This document shows positions 41,885 to 52,571 of a stretch of DNA of 64,000 nucleotides, piece after piece. The stretch's first letter is position 1; the number at the start of each line of letters is the position of its first letter. Source of the stretch: an uncultured Nitrososphaerota archaeon (GTDB lineage: Archaea; Thermoproteota; Nitrososphaeria; Nitrososphaerales; CADDZS01); the NCBI GenBank assembly GCA_963799845.1, contig CAWCYI010000004.1, positions 1,888,001-1,952,000 of the forward strand. The letters run 5' to 3'. Below the pieces are notes generated by a model. It did no database searches, was not told the DNA's origin, and saw nothing but the letters and a program-made list of their open reading frames with translations. The translations under genes were made by a program, and so were the position numbers.

Positions 41885-42973
41885 CTACTGGGCTACACCC
41901 AGAGTGTTTCCGACTCCAACTATGAGTACGGTATCTCCTTCCTTTGTCTTTTCTTCTATTATCCTTTGAACGACCGCGACTGCTTTCTCTGAAGCCTCCG
42001 CGATTTCCTTGTTCATTACCGAAATAGCGTCGATAAGTGATTGCTTTACAACAACCGCGTACATCGGAATGTCCGCGTCGACAGCAGCCTTTTCAATCCT
42101 GAACTTTTCAACGCCGATTCCACCAATTGCTGCGCCGATACCTTCGGCGATTTCTCCCGTATTCTCGCCTTCGAGTTTTAGAGCAGCGTCTATCATTATC
42201 AGGGAGTCGACCTTGTTTTTAGTATCGCTCATTAGTTTCTCTACACCTATGTGAGGTCTACCGACAATGCCCATGGGTCCTTCAGCTTTCATAACGAGCA
42301 AATTGCGCCCCTTGTACTCGGTCTTTGAATATACAGTTTCGCGCTCGATTCCGATTTTCTCCATGCCATACATGAACTTACCCGCAACTATAGCTCCAAC
42401 TCCGTCGCCGATTGGCTGGGCTTGCTTGAACGCGTCAATTGCCCCAAACAGAGCATCGGCTTCCTGAAGCAAGATTGGCATTATCATCTGAAGTTGGACG
42501 AGGATGAAGTAGCTCTTTGTTTTCTGACCCTGAATGTAAAAGTGGCGCACGATCTTGAAGATCTGGTTCAGGCTTGTTGCGACTTCTAGAATGTTCTGAG
42601 CCACGCTGACTTGGATTCGATCTGCCTGCGGAGCCATGCGTCTGATTTCGTCACGAATCCTGTCATCCTGCAAAGTGACGACATGCCCAACCTTTCCAAC
42701 GAGCCCGTTCGGGTCCATACTAACTGGCATTATCGTGAAATATTCGAGAGTTTGTTCTATTCTTGGCTGTACTTCTCTTGGGACCTTGCAGTCGACTATC
42801 AGATAATCCAGCGCTTCCTTCTTGCTCTTTTCCCTTAGCGCACGTATCTTTTCCACGCCTGTCTTGACTTCCCGAAGAGCCGCGAAAGCCTGCATCCTTG
42901 GCCCCCAGAATAAGAAAAGGAACGTGGAACCCACGAATAGAAAGACGTAGACCAGTGTGGTGAGAAGGCTCAC
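41885..42973 (-). CDS. DUF1512 family membrane-anchored protein
   Basis: N-terminal TM with PIGDGVG, KAEGP...VGRP, IDAALKLEGE and GVGNTLGV motifs. Confidence 0.85.
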   Translation of the reverse strand: MSLLTTLVYVFLFVGSTFLFLFWGPRMQAFAALREVKTGVEKIRALREKSKKEALDYLIVDCKVPREVQPRIEQTLEYFTIMPVSMDPNGLVGKVGHVVTLQDDRIRDEIRRMAPQADRIQVSVAQNILEVATSLNQIFKIVRHFYIQGQKTKSYFILVQLQMIMPILLQEADALFGAIDAFKQAQPIGDGVGAIVAGKFMYGMEKIGIERETVYSKTEYKGRNLLVMKAEGPMGIVGRPHIGVEKLMSDTKNKVDSLIMIDAALKLEGENTGEIAEGIGAAIGGIGVEKFRIEKAAVDADIPMYAVVVKQSLIDAISVMNKEIAEASEKAVAVVQRIIEEKTKEGDTVLIVGVGNTLGVAQ

Positions 42974-43003
42974 GTTGCCGCCGAGAAGACTGGACGCGCT
43001 ACG

Positions 43004-45172
43004 TCACCTGTAGTACGAAACTGCGACCCTCTCCACGGGCTTGCCTTCCCTCGAACTCTTGACTTTGCGTATTGCATCCTCGAAGTGCTTCATCGTCACG
43101 GTTGCTTCAGCGGCATGCTGCTTCGCATCCTCGGGTTTCGGATAGGCGGCAAGGTACTCTTGGAGCACGAGCGAGATCGCAGTATTGACTACTGCAGTAA
43201 TGTCCGCGCCGCTGAATCCATCCGCCATTTCAGCAACTTTATCCAAATCAAGATCTGCGCCAATCTGCTTCCCTTTTGTCTGAATATCAAGAATCCGTCT
43301 TCTGGCATTCTTGTCCGGCTGCGGGATGTAGAGCAATTTGTCAAATCGCCCCGCCCTGAGGAGCGCAGGATCCACCATGTCCATTCTGTTGGTAGCGGCG
43401 AGAACCACAACGCCTGCCAGTGATTGTATTCCGTCGAGTTCTGTAAGCAGTTGACTCACGACCCTTTCAGTGACCATGCTGTCTCCGCCCAAACCTCTGA
43501 GTGGAGCTAGCGCATCGATTTCATCGAAGAAAATGATGCAGGGAGATGCCTGTCTCGCGCGCCTGAAGACTTCTCTCACACCCCGCTCCGATTCACCAAC
43601 CCATTTGGAAAGCAGTTCTGGTCCCCGTATGCTGATGAAATTGGCTTCGCTCTCTGTCGCTACCGACTTTGCAAGTAGCGTCTTTCCCGTCCCAGAGGGA
43701 CCGAACAGGAGTATCCCCTTTGGCATGCTGTAGCCAATCGCGTCGTAAAGGTCAGGGTACTTCATTGGCCATTCAACCGCCTCCTGCAGCTCCTTTTTGA
43801 TCGCGTCCAGTCCGCCAATGTCTGACCATCGTACATCAGGAGTTTCGATGAATACCTCCCTCATGGCAGAAGGCGTGATGTCCTTTAGGGCGTTCTGAAA
43901 GTCCTCATTCGTGACCTTAAGTTTGTTCAGAAATTCCGGTGTCAGTTTGTCTTCCTCAAGCTTGAGCTCGGGAAGCACGCGTCTGAGCGTTTTCATCGCT
44001 GCCTCCTTGCAAAGACCCTCGAGATCGGCTCCGACGAAGCCGTGCGTAACAGATGAAAGCTTTTCCAGATCGACTTCCTCGGTCAGCGGCATGTGCCTCG
44101 TATGAATTTGGAGAATCTCAAATCTTCCCTTCTTGGTGGGAACCTTGATCTCGATTTCCCTGTCGAATCTTCCTGGTCTTCGTAGGGCTGGATCTATTGC
44201 ATTCTGGCGATTTGTCGCAGCAATGACTATCACCTTTCCGCGCGCTTCCAGACCGTCCATGAGAGCGAGCAGCTGAGAGACCACCCTTCTTTCGACTTCC
44301 CCCGTGACTTCTTCCCTCTTCGGAGCGATGCTGTCGATTTCGTCTATGAATACAATTGTCGGAGCTTTCTCTCTTGCTTCCTTGAAAATCTCTCTCACGC
44401 GTGCTTCGCTCTCTCCGTAGAACTTGCTCATGACCTCCGGACCCGAGATGCTGATGAAGTGAGCGTTGCTTTCGTTCGCTACCGCCTTTGCGAGCAAAGT
44501 CTTCCCGGTTCCGGGCGTACCGTAGAGGAGTACTCCCTTTGGAGCTTCGACGCCCAACTTTTCGAAGATTTCGGGATGTCTCAAGGGAAGCTCGATCATT
44601 TCCCTGACTTTTTGTATCTCCTCTTTCATCCCTCCAATGTCTTCGTATGCGACTTGTGGGACCCCCCTCAATGTCTCGCCCTTTTCGGAGATCGCAAATA
44701 TCGTCTTCTGGGTGATCAAAACGGCGTCGGCCATCGGGCTAACTCCTAAAACTTGGAAAGTCAGGCGACCCCCGAAGTACGGAATCATGATGTTGTCTCC
44801 CTTTGTTACCGGCACGCTTTCGAGCGCGTCAGCTAGATACCTTTCATCAATCGGTGGAATGGCTTCCAGCGGTGAGACTACTACCTTTTCAGCCGGCGAC
44901 GCTTTGATCTTCTTCACGGTCACAGGATCACCAATCGCCACACCGGAGTTATTACGGGTCAGACCATCAATCCTTACCACACCTCTCCCCTCATCCGACG
45001 GATACAGAGGGAGACATTTGCCAACGGTTCTTCGTTTACCCTTCAACTCGACTACATCGCCGGTTGAGGCGTCAAGGGAGTCCATAGCGTCATAATCTAG
45101 TCTGGCGACGCCTCTGCCCACGTCTCGAGTGTAAGCTTCGAGAACCTTCAAAGTAACTCCTTGCTGACTCAA
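43004..45172 (-). CDS. cdc48: CDC48/VCP AAA+ ATPase
   Basis: N-domain, two AAA modules ([26 protein letters not shown]) and C-terminal YYR (HbYX). Confidence 0.96.
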   Translation of the reverse strand: MSQQGVTLKVLEAYTRDVGRGVARLDYDAMDSLDASTGDVVELKGKRRTVGKCLPLYPSDEGRGVVRIDGLTRNNSGVAIGDPVTVKKIKASPAEKVVVSPLEAIPPIDERYLADALESVPVTKGDNIMIPYFGGRLTFQVLGVSPMADAVLITQKTIFAISEKGETLRGVPQVAYEDIGGMKEEIQKVREMIELPLRHPEIFEKLGVEAPKGVLLYGTPGTGKTLLAKAVANESNAHFISISGPEVMSKFYGESEARVREIFKEAREKAPTIVFIDEIDSIAPKREEVTGEVERRVVSQLLALMDGLEARGKVIVIAATNRQNAIDPALRRPGRFDREIEIKVPTKKGRFEILQIHTRHMPLTEEVDLEKLSSVTHGFVGADLEGLCKEAAMKTLRRVLPELKLEEDKLTPEFLNKLKVTNEDFQNALKDITPSAMREVFIETPDVRWSDIGGLDAIKKELQEAVEWPMKYPDLYDAIGYSMPKGILLFGPSGTGKTLLAKSVATESEANFISIRGPELLSKWVGESERGVREVFRRARQASPCIIFFDEIDALAPLRGLGGDSMVTERVVSQLLTELDGIQSLAGVVVLAATNRMDMVDPALLRAGRFDKLLYIPQPDKNARRRILDIQTKGKQIGADLDLDKVAEMADGFSGADITAVVNTAISLVLQEYLAAYPKPEDAKQHAAEATVTMKHFEDAIRKVKSSREGKPVERVAVSYYR

Positions 45173-45749
45173 TTGAAACGAGATTCCCGGGTGTGTGAGT
45201 TATTCTCATCTCTAGTATTACTGTCTTTCACAGCTTCTCAAAGTATGTTCACATCAGAACCAGCATTCCGGGATGATCACTGTTAGCTCCATTCGTTTGT
45301 CTCTCTATCCAAATCTCGCTTTCATCTTCCGGCAAGTCAAGGTAGTGATTACTTACTCAGAAGTGGCGTGGGAGTACCACAGCCATTCCATAATTGAAAC
45401 AATCAACTCCACAATGAAGAGGATATTCTTCTCTCCAATGCGGAAGATGCACGTTGGCGGAAAAGCTGTTTGATTAGAAAGGAAGTTGTCTTTCGTTGAA
45501 TCGGAGATTGATCTACGGATAGGGAGGTCCCTGAAGGTTCGCCTTCATCGCAGCTATAGCCTCTGTCGTCCGAGGAAAGAGGTACGTGTATGGTCTAGAG
45601 CCTGAAGAGGAAATAGGTCAATCCGATAATTGGTCAATGATAGTGACGTTTCCCCAGCCTCGAGGTATACTTTCTTTCCACTACTTTCAGCTCGTCGTGT
45701 ATCTACCCCTCGATAGTATAGGACGGACAGCACACCAATGTGGAGCGCC

Positions 45750-45955
45750 TGCTGTGCTCGAAAACCGACTGGAAGATCTCAGCCCCTCTCAGAGAAGATC
45801 GATGAGTTGGACAATCACCTGACTGGAAAATAGATGCGCAGGGAACCCCGTCCAAGCGAAAATGACAAGCGGCTCTCTGAGAAAATTGACGACCTAGACA
45901 AGCGACTCGACATCGTGTAGAGACTTGCCGTAGTCGAAGCTAAAGTAAGAGATCA
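45750..45955 (+). pseudogene. Coiled-coil repeat protein remnant
   Basis: LSEKIDELD...RLSEKIDDLDKRLDIV*RLAVVEAKV across frames, with a stop. Confidence 0.4.
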
Positions 45956-46552
45956 GGAGCAGGCAAGAAGGTAAGAATTTCCCAGCTGTTGCTGCCGAGC
46001 TTTTTCTTCCGATTCGCGCAATTCATCCTGCTGAATTCTGTTTATCAACAGCGGAAAAATACGATCGTCCTCTTCTTTTATGTGGACAGAAATGATTTTG
46101 TCTAGTTCCTCGATGCTAGACCAGCGGCTCTCCGCCATTGAATGTGTTGAGTCATGAAGATCCTTAAACGCTTCAGTGATCAATTTGTGCTGCTGAAACT
46201 CAGAAGTTATAGCTTCGTCTGATAATTTTTCTCCTCCAGAAATCTCAGCAAATACCACCGGCAGCTTGGACTCCTCGTCATAAATGTGCTTCTTCAGCAT
46301 AGCTTCTAGCTCGATCGCACGGTTTCTGGCTGTTTCGTAGTCCTGCCAGTCCTTCCTCGAGTCTAGCATGCGCAATATCCAGAGCTGTCGCTTAATTTCG
46401 TTGTGATCGCTTCTTAGAGTAGAAATGAGTTTTTTGGCTTCGTACATCTTCTGATTATTTCCAACGATATCTTTCAAGCGTGAACTTGATATATCAGGCT
46501 GCTTCTGGAGTTGGACGGTTTCCGAGCCATTTCTTCGATCGAAGAGATTCAT
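45953..46552 (-). CDS. Hemerythrin-like (HHE) domain protein
   Basis: DH...HIYDEE...QH...HIKEEDDRIFP metal-ligand pattern. Confidence 0.8.
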   Translation of the reverse strand: MNLFDRRNGSETVQLQKQPDISSSRLKDIVGNNQKMYEAKKLISTLRSDHNEIKRQLWILRMLDSRKDWQDYETARNRAIELEAMLKKHIYDEESKLPVVFAEISGGEKLSDEAITSEFQQHKLITEAFKDLHDSTHSMAESRWSSIEELDKIISVHIKEEDDRIFPLLINRIQQDELRESEEKARQQQLGNSYLLACS

Positions 46553-46585
46553 CTGTTATTCAGCATGTGTAATATTCATTACGTT

Positions 46586-46773
46586 GTATATACGCCTATG
46601 TCGAGTATAGCAAGGCCATAACTAACAGCTTGGCTCTCCGCACCTCTATCCTTCTTGACCAAACATCCTCTCTTGGACCTAGTTTAACGAGTCGGCCAGA
46701 TCTTAGAAACTCATATTTCCGCAGGTAGCCGTCTCATCGAAGCCGGGCCGTCACTTGACATAGACATATATAA
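46586..46773. promoter_or_regulatory. Second divergent pair of CTYGACATAGRCN-TATATA promoters
   Basis: Minus 46605-46586 CTCGACATAGGCGTATATAC; plus 46754-46773 CTTGACATAGACATATATAA. Both are followed by GTAAT-N4-RTTACA. Confidence 0.7.
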
Positions 46774-46805
46774 TGTGTAATGCTTGTTACATCATGTGAA
46801 AATTA

Positions 46806-47063
46806 ATGTTAACCAACATTTTTGACCCCGCAGATGAAGCATTCGGGAATATCTCCTCTGGAACGCTTGAGGGATTGATGAAAGATTTTCCCAGGCTGAA
46901 GGAGAAAACCGACAACAAACAAACAACGCAGGCGAAGACTCATGCAATGACGCCGGATAAAATGGACAGATTGTCTAGAAAGATAGAAGAAAACAATAAA
47001 CCATATCCTCTTAGCGAAGAAGAGGCAACGCCACAAGTCCCAACTTCAGATGAAACAGAGTGA
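46806..47063 (+). CDS. Hypothetical hydrophilic protein (85 aa)
   Basis: ATG downstream of the conserved promoter. Confidence 0.6.
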   Translation: MLTNIFDPADEAFGNISSGTLEGLMKDFPRLKEKTDNKQTTQAKTHAMTPDKMDRLSRKIEENNKPYPLSEEEATPQVPTSDETE

Positions 47064-47155
47064 TAGCCGATTTCAATATTGCAGACTGAGAAATTTTTGC
47101 TCTTCAAAAGCCCCTCGATACATACTTGAAACGCAGGAATATGGGGCCATAAGAC

Positions 47156-47377
47156 ATGAACGAAGCGCTCGAGAAGCCTCGCTGCGATGCCTGGTCCAAC
47201 TCGAACGGCCTGCTCTGCCGCTGCTCCGATGACCTGGGGCACTGCGGGGATCATTCCTTCAACATACTTGGCTTTCTGAATGTAGACCGCATCACCTGGG
47301 CTGAAAGGGATACTATCGCCCACGCAGACTGCGATCTCGTTACCGCGACAAAAATGCTCTATACAAATCGGGATTAA
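47156..47377 (+). CDS. Small Cys/His metal-binding protein
   Basis: C...CRC...GHCGDH. Confidence 0.5.
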   Translation: MNEALEKPRCDAWSNSNGLLCRCSDDLGHCGDHSFNILGFLNVDRITWAERDTIAHADCDLVTATKMLYTNRD

Positions 47378-48560
47378 CAACTTTTTTTTAGACTAACTCG
47401 CTCCAAAGTTTAACATGGTAAAACGAAAAACACAGCACTTGCAAGATTTTTTGACGGCATTGTTGGGCGAAGGTGGTGTGTGGCCTACTTCACTGGTCGT
47501 CTCCCCAAAAATGAGAAATTATTTCCCAAAAACAGTTTGACGCAACAACGACAGGCAGGGAGGGTTTAATACGTCCGCATCACCGTCCATGTGAGGTGGG
47601 ATAAAGTCGCAATGGTCAACCGTGCAAAATGTGGGGGGAAGAATTCTTGAGGGACAAGAGGTAAAGAAAGGATTTCTAATGAAGAAAAGCTACCACAAAG
47701 AATGCGCGCCCTAGTAAGAGGATATCCGAAAAAAATAACTCGTTTTGTCACGTTGTGAACCCACGATCTGTGGTTGGATCTTTCACGCAAGTTTCTAATT
47801 CGTAGTGTAGGTGATTCATGATCTGTCTTCCACGACGAGCTTCGCTCGGTAAGAAATTCAATTTTTCGTCTTTCATCAGAACATTACAGCTTCCTATTTC
47901 GTCGAATTGTAATTACACAAGAGCTGCATCAGGCAATTACTACGCCCGAATAGTGCTCTGTCAACTCTTCGGTTGCAGAATTATACAAGATCATTCATAA
48001 ACAACCGACAAGTTGACAGTCCGAAGGAAACTCTATAATGAATCAGACGCAAGAGGACTTACGTACTCCATTAGGGAGAGCTCGAAAGATTCTTTTGTCG
48101 ATGGTATAGTCCTCATCTTCATTGAGATCGACGTAGTCGGCCGAATCAATGAGTGTTGTGAAAAAACAGTTAAAGGATGGACGTGTGAACAAAACGGACT
48201 GTTGAAGAAGAAAAGGCAAGGCAGTCGTGAGGGATGCTAGATTTTGGTAACGTCTGTTTAAGTTTGTGTGATCAGGAACGGGACAATCGGGAACGTCTTT
48301 TAATTAAAAGTCTGCTTCGTACTGCAGAACTCATACCAATTGATTCGTGGTCTGAAGAAGGTCTCACATATGAAAAATACAGCACAGGGGGACTTTGAAC
48401 GCAATTGGAATAAAATAGTCAAGGACGCGGACGGTTTGGAAAACTTGAACAAAGCTCCTACAGAAGGATCGTGGGGAATTCTCTATGAATCTGGTAATCA
48501 ACTTCAAAAGGAGAAGCGGGTAAACGCTTCTCGCGTGTAAACGAAGGAAGGAGATAAGAT

Positions 48561-48827
48561 ACGTCCTATTCTGGTAGAGGAATCAGAAGGGGCTTCTCGA
48601 GCGAGGCAAAGCCCTTGAAAGTGGGAAAGGAATACGACGTACAAGTCACCGAACTTTCAAGACGCGGCGACGGCATCGCGAAGATAGAAGGTTTCGTGAT
48701 CTTCGTTCAGGGAACAAAGGTCGGGCAGAAGGTCAAGATCAAAGTTGGCAGTGTAGGTCCAAGATTCGCAAGCGCCACAGTAGTCGGGCACATCGGTGTC
48801 AGTGAAGGAGCAAGCGAAAAAAAGTAG
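48561..48827 (+). CDS. TRAM-domain RNA chaperone (archaeal cold-shock-like)
   Basis: KP-VGKEYDV...RRGDGIAKIEGFVIFV; the Gly/Arg N-terminus begins at ACG 48561. Confidence 0.88.
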   Translation, partial: TSYSGRGIRRGFSSEAKPLKVGKEYDVQVTELSRRGDGIAKIEGFVIFVQGTKVGQKVKIKVGSVGPRFASATVVGHIGVSEGASEKK

Positions 48828-49059
48828 ATGCCAATCGCATTCATTCTGATCAACGTTGAAGCAGGCTCAGAAGAGGAGGTCGCCCATGAGCTCAAAGTCA
48901 TCGACAATGTAAGGGATGTCTATCTGATTTACGGAGTGTACGATTTTGTGGTAAAGGTGGAAGTCTGAAACACAGCAAAAGGTCAAAGAAACAATCACGT
49001 GGAAGATAAGAAAGATAGACAAAATCAGATCTACTCAGACCCTCATGATTTCTAGCTAA
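48828..49059 (+). CDS. Stand-alone Lrp/AsnC ligand-binding (RAM) domain; frameshift at 48964
   Basis: MPIAFILINVEAGSE...YGVYD...ITWKIRKIDKIRSTQTLM after removing one T from AG[T]CT. Confidence 0.85.
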
Positions 49060-49286
49060 TCTTCTAAAATCGAAGCGGAGAAATTAGGACGATCAAGTGA
49101 TCTGATCTCGAGCTTAAATGAAGGAGCGTTCATATTCTACACCATTCATGCTTAATTAGACTCAAGCGCAGCCTGTCTAGTCATAATTAGAATTTAGTAT
49201 AGTTAAGGATGGGTAATTACTCGAAGCTCTTACTGTTGCGAAGGAATGAGAGCAGCCTTTTCTCGGAATTTTCAAAGTGCGCGCGA

Positions 49287-49705
49287 CTAGTTAGATAAGA
49301 GCATGACGATGTAGTCAGGATAGAGTGATACCCAGATTAATCCTGCTCCAACTAGAAACATTACGAAGCTCAGCCAAATACCGCTTGTAATTCCTACAAG
49401 CAAAGGTTCTCTCCGAGAGAATCGTGAAAATCCATGCTGTATTCCGTATTCCCTTAAAGCATCCACGGAGTTTTTGATCTCCAAATCCATTTAGGAGTTT
49501 TGTAAGCCATGATCGGGGTAATGACCCCGGCAAAATAGAAAGTCACGGAAATAATAGTAGGATTTTTCGTCAGCATGACGGATCCGATAGCAACGAAATA
49601 ACCAATTAGAACGGCTATAGAAGCCTGCCATCCCATAACCACTAAGTGCCTATAGTCTTCGCTTAGTTCCCGATATTCCTCTTTCCAGTCGTCGTTTGCG
49701 GACAT
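49287..49705 (-). pseudogene. Small membrane protein split across two frames
   Basis: Overlapping hydrophobic ORFs 49454..49705 and 49287..49490. Confidence 0.5.
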
Positions 49706-50124
49706 TTACGCAAAAAGTACGGACTAATATTCAGAGATACAAATCCTCGCTGTGGTTGAGCGAGTTTTACCCACGGTAAAAAGAAAAAAAGGGGAAGAAG
49801 TCAGTTTTCTTCACAAATTCAAGTCGGCAATGCGAGATATGCTGAGTACGTAGATTGATATGCGGATCTCTTCCGTGATTAAGGCTGATTTCCTCTCTTG
49901 CTAGTTTTGCCTTTTGCTTCCTCTTCCAGTTTTGGATCCTTAGATTCGGTTCTTCCGCGTTAGTACATTTTACGCAGAGTCCGGAGAGGTTATTCCATGC
50001 GAGTTGCCCGTCGGGATGATTCCTACGGTATTCTGTCATGTGTAAAAGAGATGAAGCGCAATTGTGGCTAATCATAGCAAACATGATTTTATAGCTCAGG
50101 ACTAGAAGGAGACACTGATCCAAC

Positions 50125-50943
50125 TTGGACTTTGTCACTCCGGCAATAATCGGAATCCTAGTTATTGCGATATTGGGCATTCTTCTTTCAGGTATCAAGA
50201 TCCTTAGAGAATGGGAGAGAGCGCCCCTTCTAACATTAGGGCGATTTAGGGGATTGCGGGGACCCGGCATAATCTACGTTCCCCCATTCATAAGCAAACT
50301 TCCCTACATAATCTCAACGCGGTTGCAGGTGCTTACCTTCAAAACTGAACAGACGTTTACTCGAGATAATGTCCCCGTAAATGTGGATGCAGTCATGTAC
50401 TATCAACCGATTAACGTGGAGAAAGCTGTACTCAATGTAGAGAATTATAGCATGGCGACCCAGCTTGCAGCGCAAACCACATTGAGAGAAACCATTGGCG
50501 GAGTTAGTTTTGACGATTTACTCTTTGAGCGAGAAAAGATAGGGGCCAAAGCTCGGGAAATTATCGATTTGAAAACAGAAAACTGGGGTGTTAAGGTGAC
50601 TGCTGTTGAAATAAGAGACATCACGACCCCAGCTGCACTTCAAGAAGCCATGTCAAGGCAGGCGCAGGCTGAGAGGGAGAGACGAGCCAGGATCACACTT
50701 GCAGAGGCAGAGTTCCAGGCAGCGCAAAAGATGGTCGACGCTGCTAATCTATATTCCGCAAACCCAAGAGCAATGGAGCTTCGCTGGATGAATATTCTGT
50801 ACGAACTAGGCTTACAAGGTCGCGGCACGTTGATGCTCGTTCCAACTAACATGCCGACTGCTGGAGCGGGATCGCCCCAACCAATTACATCTGTGAATAC
50901 TCGGCCGAAAAATAAACAGGAGCAAAGTGAGCAAATAGCGTGA
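50125..50943 (+). CDS. SPFH/stomatin (slipin) family protein
   Basis: EWER...LGR, TRDNVPVNVDAV, AQTTLR and QAQAERERRA motifs. Confidence 0.93.
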   Translation: MDFVTPAIIGILVIAILGILLSGIKILREWERAPLLTLGRFRGLRGPGIIYVPPFISKLPYIISTRLQVLTFKTEQTFTRDNVPVNVDAVMYYQPINVEKAVLNVENYSMATQLAAQTTLRETIGGVSFDDLLFEREKIGAKAREIIDLKTENWGVKVTAVEIRDITTPAALQEAMSRQAQAERERRARITLAEAEFQAAQKMVDAANLYSANPRAMELRWMNILYELGLQGRGTLMLVPTNMPTAGAGSPQPITSVNTRPKNKQEQSEQIA

Positions 50944-51095
50944 GCGAAAAATCAAAGCCTTCCAAGAAAGAGGAGGTCAAAAAGGACGAACAAAACGCGA
51001 AACACGAGGTAATTAAAGAAGAAAGACGGAGCGATGAAGACATAGAGGAAGAAGATCTATATCAAGAAGATTGGAACTCGGATAATTCAGATTGA
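50940..51095 (+). CDS. 51-aa highly charged peptide translationally coupled to the SPFH gene (GTGA overlap; not in ORF track)
   Basis: MSEKSKPSKKEEVKKDEQNAKHEVIKEERRSDEDIEEEDLYQEDWNSDNSD. Confidence 0.5.
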   Translation: MSEKSKPSKKEEVKKDEQNAKHEVIKEERRSDEDIEEEDLYQEDWNSDNSD

Positions 51096-51195
51096 AGGTG
51101 ATTTTTCCCTGTAAAGAAGTACTTGGCAGAAAGAAGGTTCTTGTTTTTAGAATGGAATCCCGAGATTCGTTTTTCATGTTCTCAATGTACAAGGC

Positions 51196-51468
51196 ATGTT
51201 GCATCGAGCGAAGAGGAAGCAAGAGAGATTCTGGGGTGTAATTGAAACCATACTAATCGGTACGGTCTCAGAAGAACATCGGACATTTTACCAGCGCAGA
51301 ATCGCTGACATAGATGCTGAGATTCTAGAGATACAGGCAGAACTGAACAAAAAGGCTGAATACCAAAAGCAATACCTAAGGGAGGGGATAAGGGAAGCAC
51401 AGGAACATAAGAAGAAAGAGGCAAGGCGTCGAGCACGTGCTTTAGATCGATGGCTAAACTGGCATTGA
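51196..51468 (+). CDS. Hypothetical coiled-coil protein
   Basis: Heptad-rich, charged sequence. Confidence 0.5.
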   Translation: MLHRAKRKQERFWGVIETILIGTVSEEHRTFYQRRIADIDAEILEIQAELNKKAEYQKQYLREGIREAQEHKKKEARRRARALDRWLNWH

Positions 51469-51558
51469 GACAAAGAGAGGGATAGAGGTAAAGAGACTTG
51501 AGAGAGAAATAGGCAAAGCCATAAAGTACTACTGCAACCGTCGCTCGAAGCGTCGCGG

Positions 51559-51840
51559 TTGAATACAAAAATACACGAATTGCAGCGTCTCATGATGCTC
51601 GAAAGGCTGCTCATGGATTGCGTTGAAGAGCGTTACCAGATATCAGAAGCACTTCCCAAATACATCGATTCTAAGTCAAAGTCACGGCACGAGCAGAGAA
51701 TCGCTCAACTGTTCATAGAAATTCGTGTCCTCTGGTGGGAATACCAGATACTTACAAAACCAGTCAGCGCTGGTTTGAACCTCTGGCCGATTACGAATTC
51801 ACTACCAAATCATCCAGAAGATTTTGCGCCCTCATCCTAA
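51559..51840 (+). CDS. Hypothetical helical protein
   Basis: ORF with helical composition. Confidence 0.4.
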   Translation: MNTKIHELQRLMMLERLLMDCVEERYQISEALPKYIDSKSKSRHEQRIAQLFIEIRVLWWEYQILTKPVSAGLNLWPITNSLPNHPEDFAPSS

Positions 51841-52051
51841 TACGTAAGAAGATTTGCGTTACGTTCCGATCCTTTTGAGTTTCTTCTCCCTTTTTCAGGT
51901 TCTTAATTAATGTTGGAAAGGTGCCGCTCATGCGGACGTATTTTACAGCGATATCTCTTGCAGTTTGTCCCTGGGTGCCCATGATTTCATCGCTTGGTGC
52001 GAGTATTTCCACCAGGGTGACAGTATCGTCGAATGATTTGTAGGAAGCCAT
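51791..52051 (-). CDS. Hypothetical protein
   Basis: ATG about 30 nt after TTAAG. Confidence 0.45.
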   Translation of the reverse strand: MASYKSFDDTVTLVEILAPSDEIMGTQGQTARDIAVKYVRMSGTFPTLIKNLKKGEETQKDRNVTQIFLRIRMRAQNLLDDLVVNS

Positions 52052-52319
52052 CGTAACTTGTTTTCAGGGCTGAACTTGCTCTTAAGGAGTTGTCAGGTTA
52101 TTGCCGAACAGGCTCAGGCTCATGAGGGAAACAGTGTAAAAAGTGAGACAGTGAAACACTGAACGGGATGGCCCTATTTTATTTTAAGAAGACGTAACCT
52201 TCTTCCATAGAGTCAGAATGCAGATTACTAAAATCTTCGAACATTCTGGCTGGAAAAGCCAGACAGACACTGGTTTTGACCCCAAGGTTGTTAGGCAAGA
52301 AAGCCCCTTTTAGCAATAC

Positions 52320-52571
52320 ATGAGCAAAGAAATCTTCGCCACCATTGAAACAATCAGACTTCAAATAATACCTACAAACACAGTAAATGCAAGGGGAATA
52401 GTAAACATGACCGGTCCTGGGCCAGCTTTTAGAGGACAGAACGGGGGATACAATTACATTTGCGGATTCTGCGATATTGTCCTAGCAAAAGATGTCAAGA
52501 AAGACGAAATTAGAAACAAAGTCATCCAGTGCTATGACTGCCGAAAATATAATCAGTTTCCTGTGGTCTGA
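52320..52571 (+). CDS. Small Zn-ribbon protein
   Basis: CGFC...CYDC. Confidence 0.7.
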   Translation: MSKEIFATIETIRLQIIPTNTVNARGIVNMTGPGPAFRGQNGGYNYICGFCDIVLAKDVKKDEIRNKVIQCYDCRKYNQFPVV

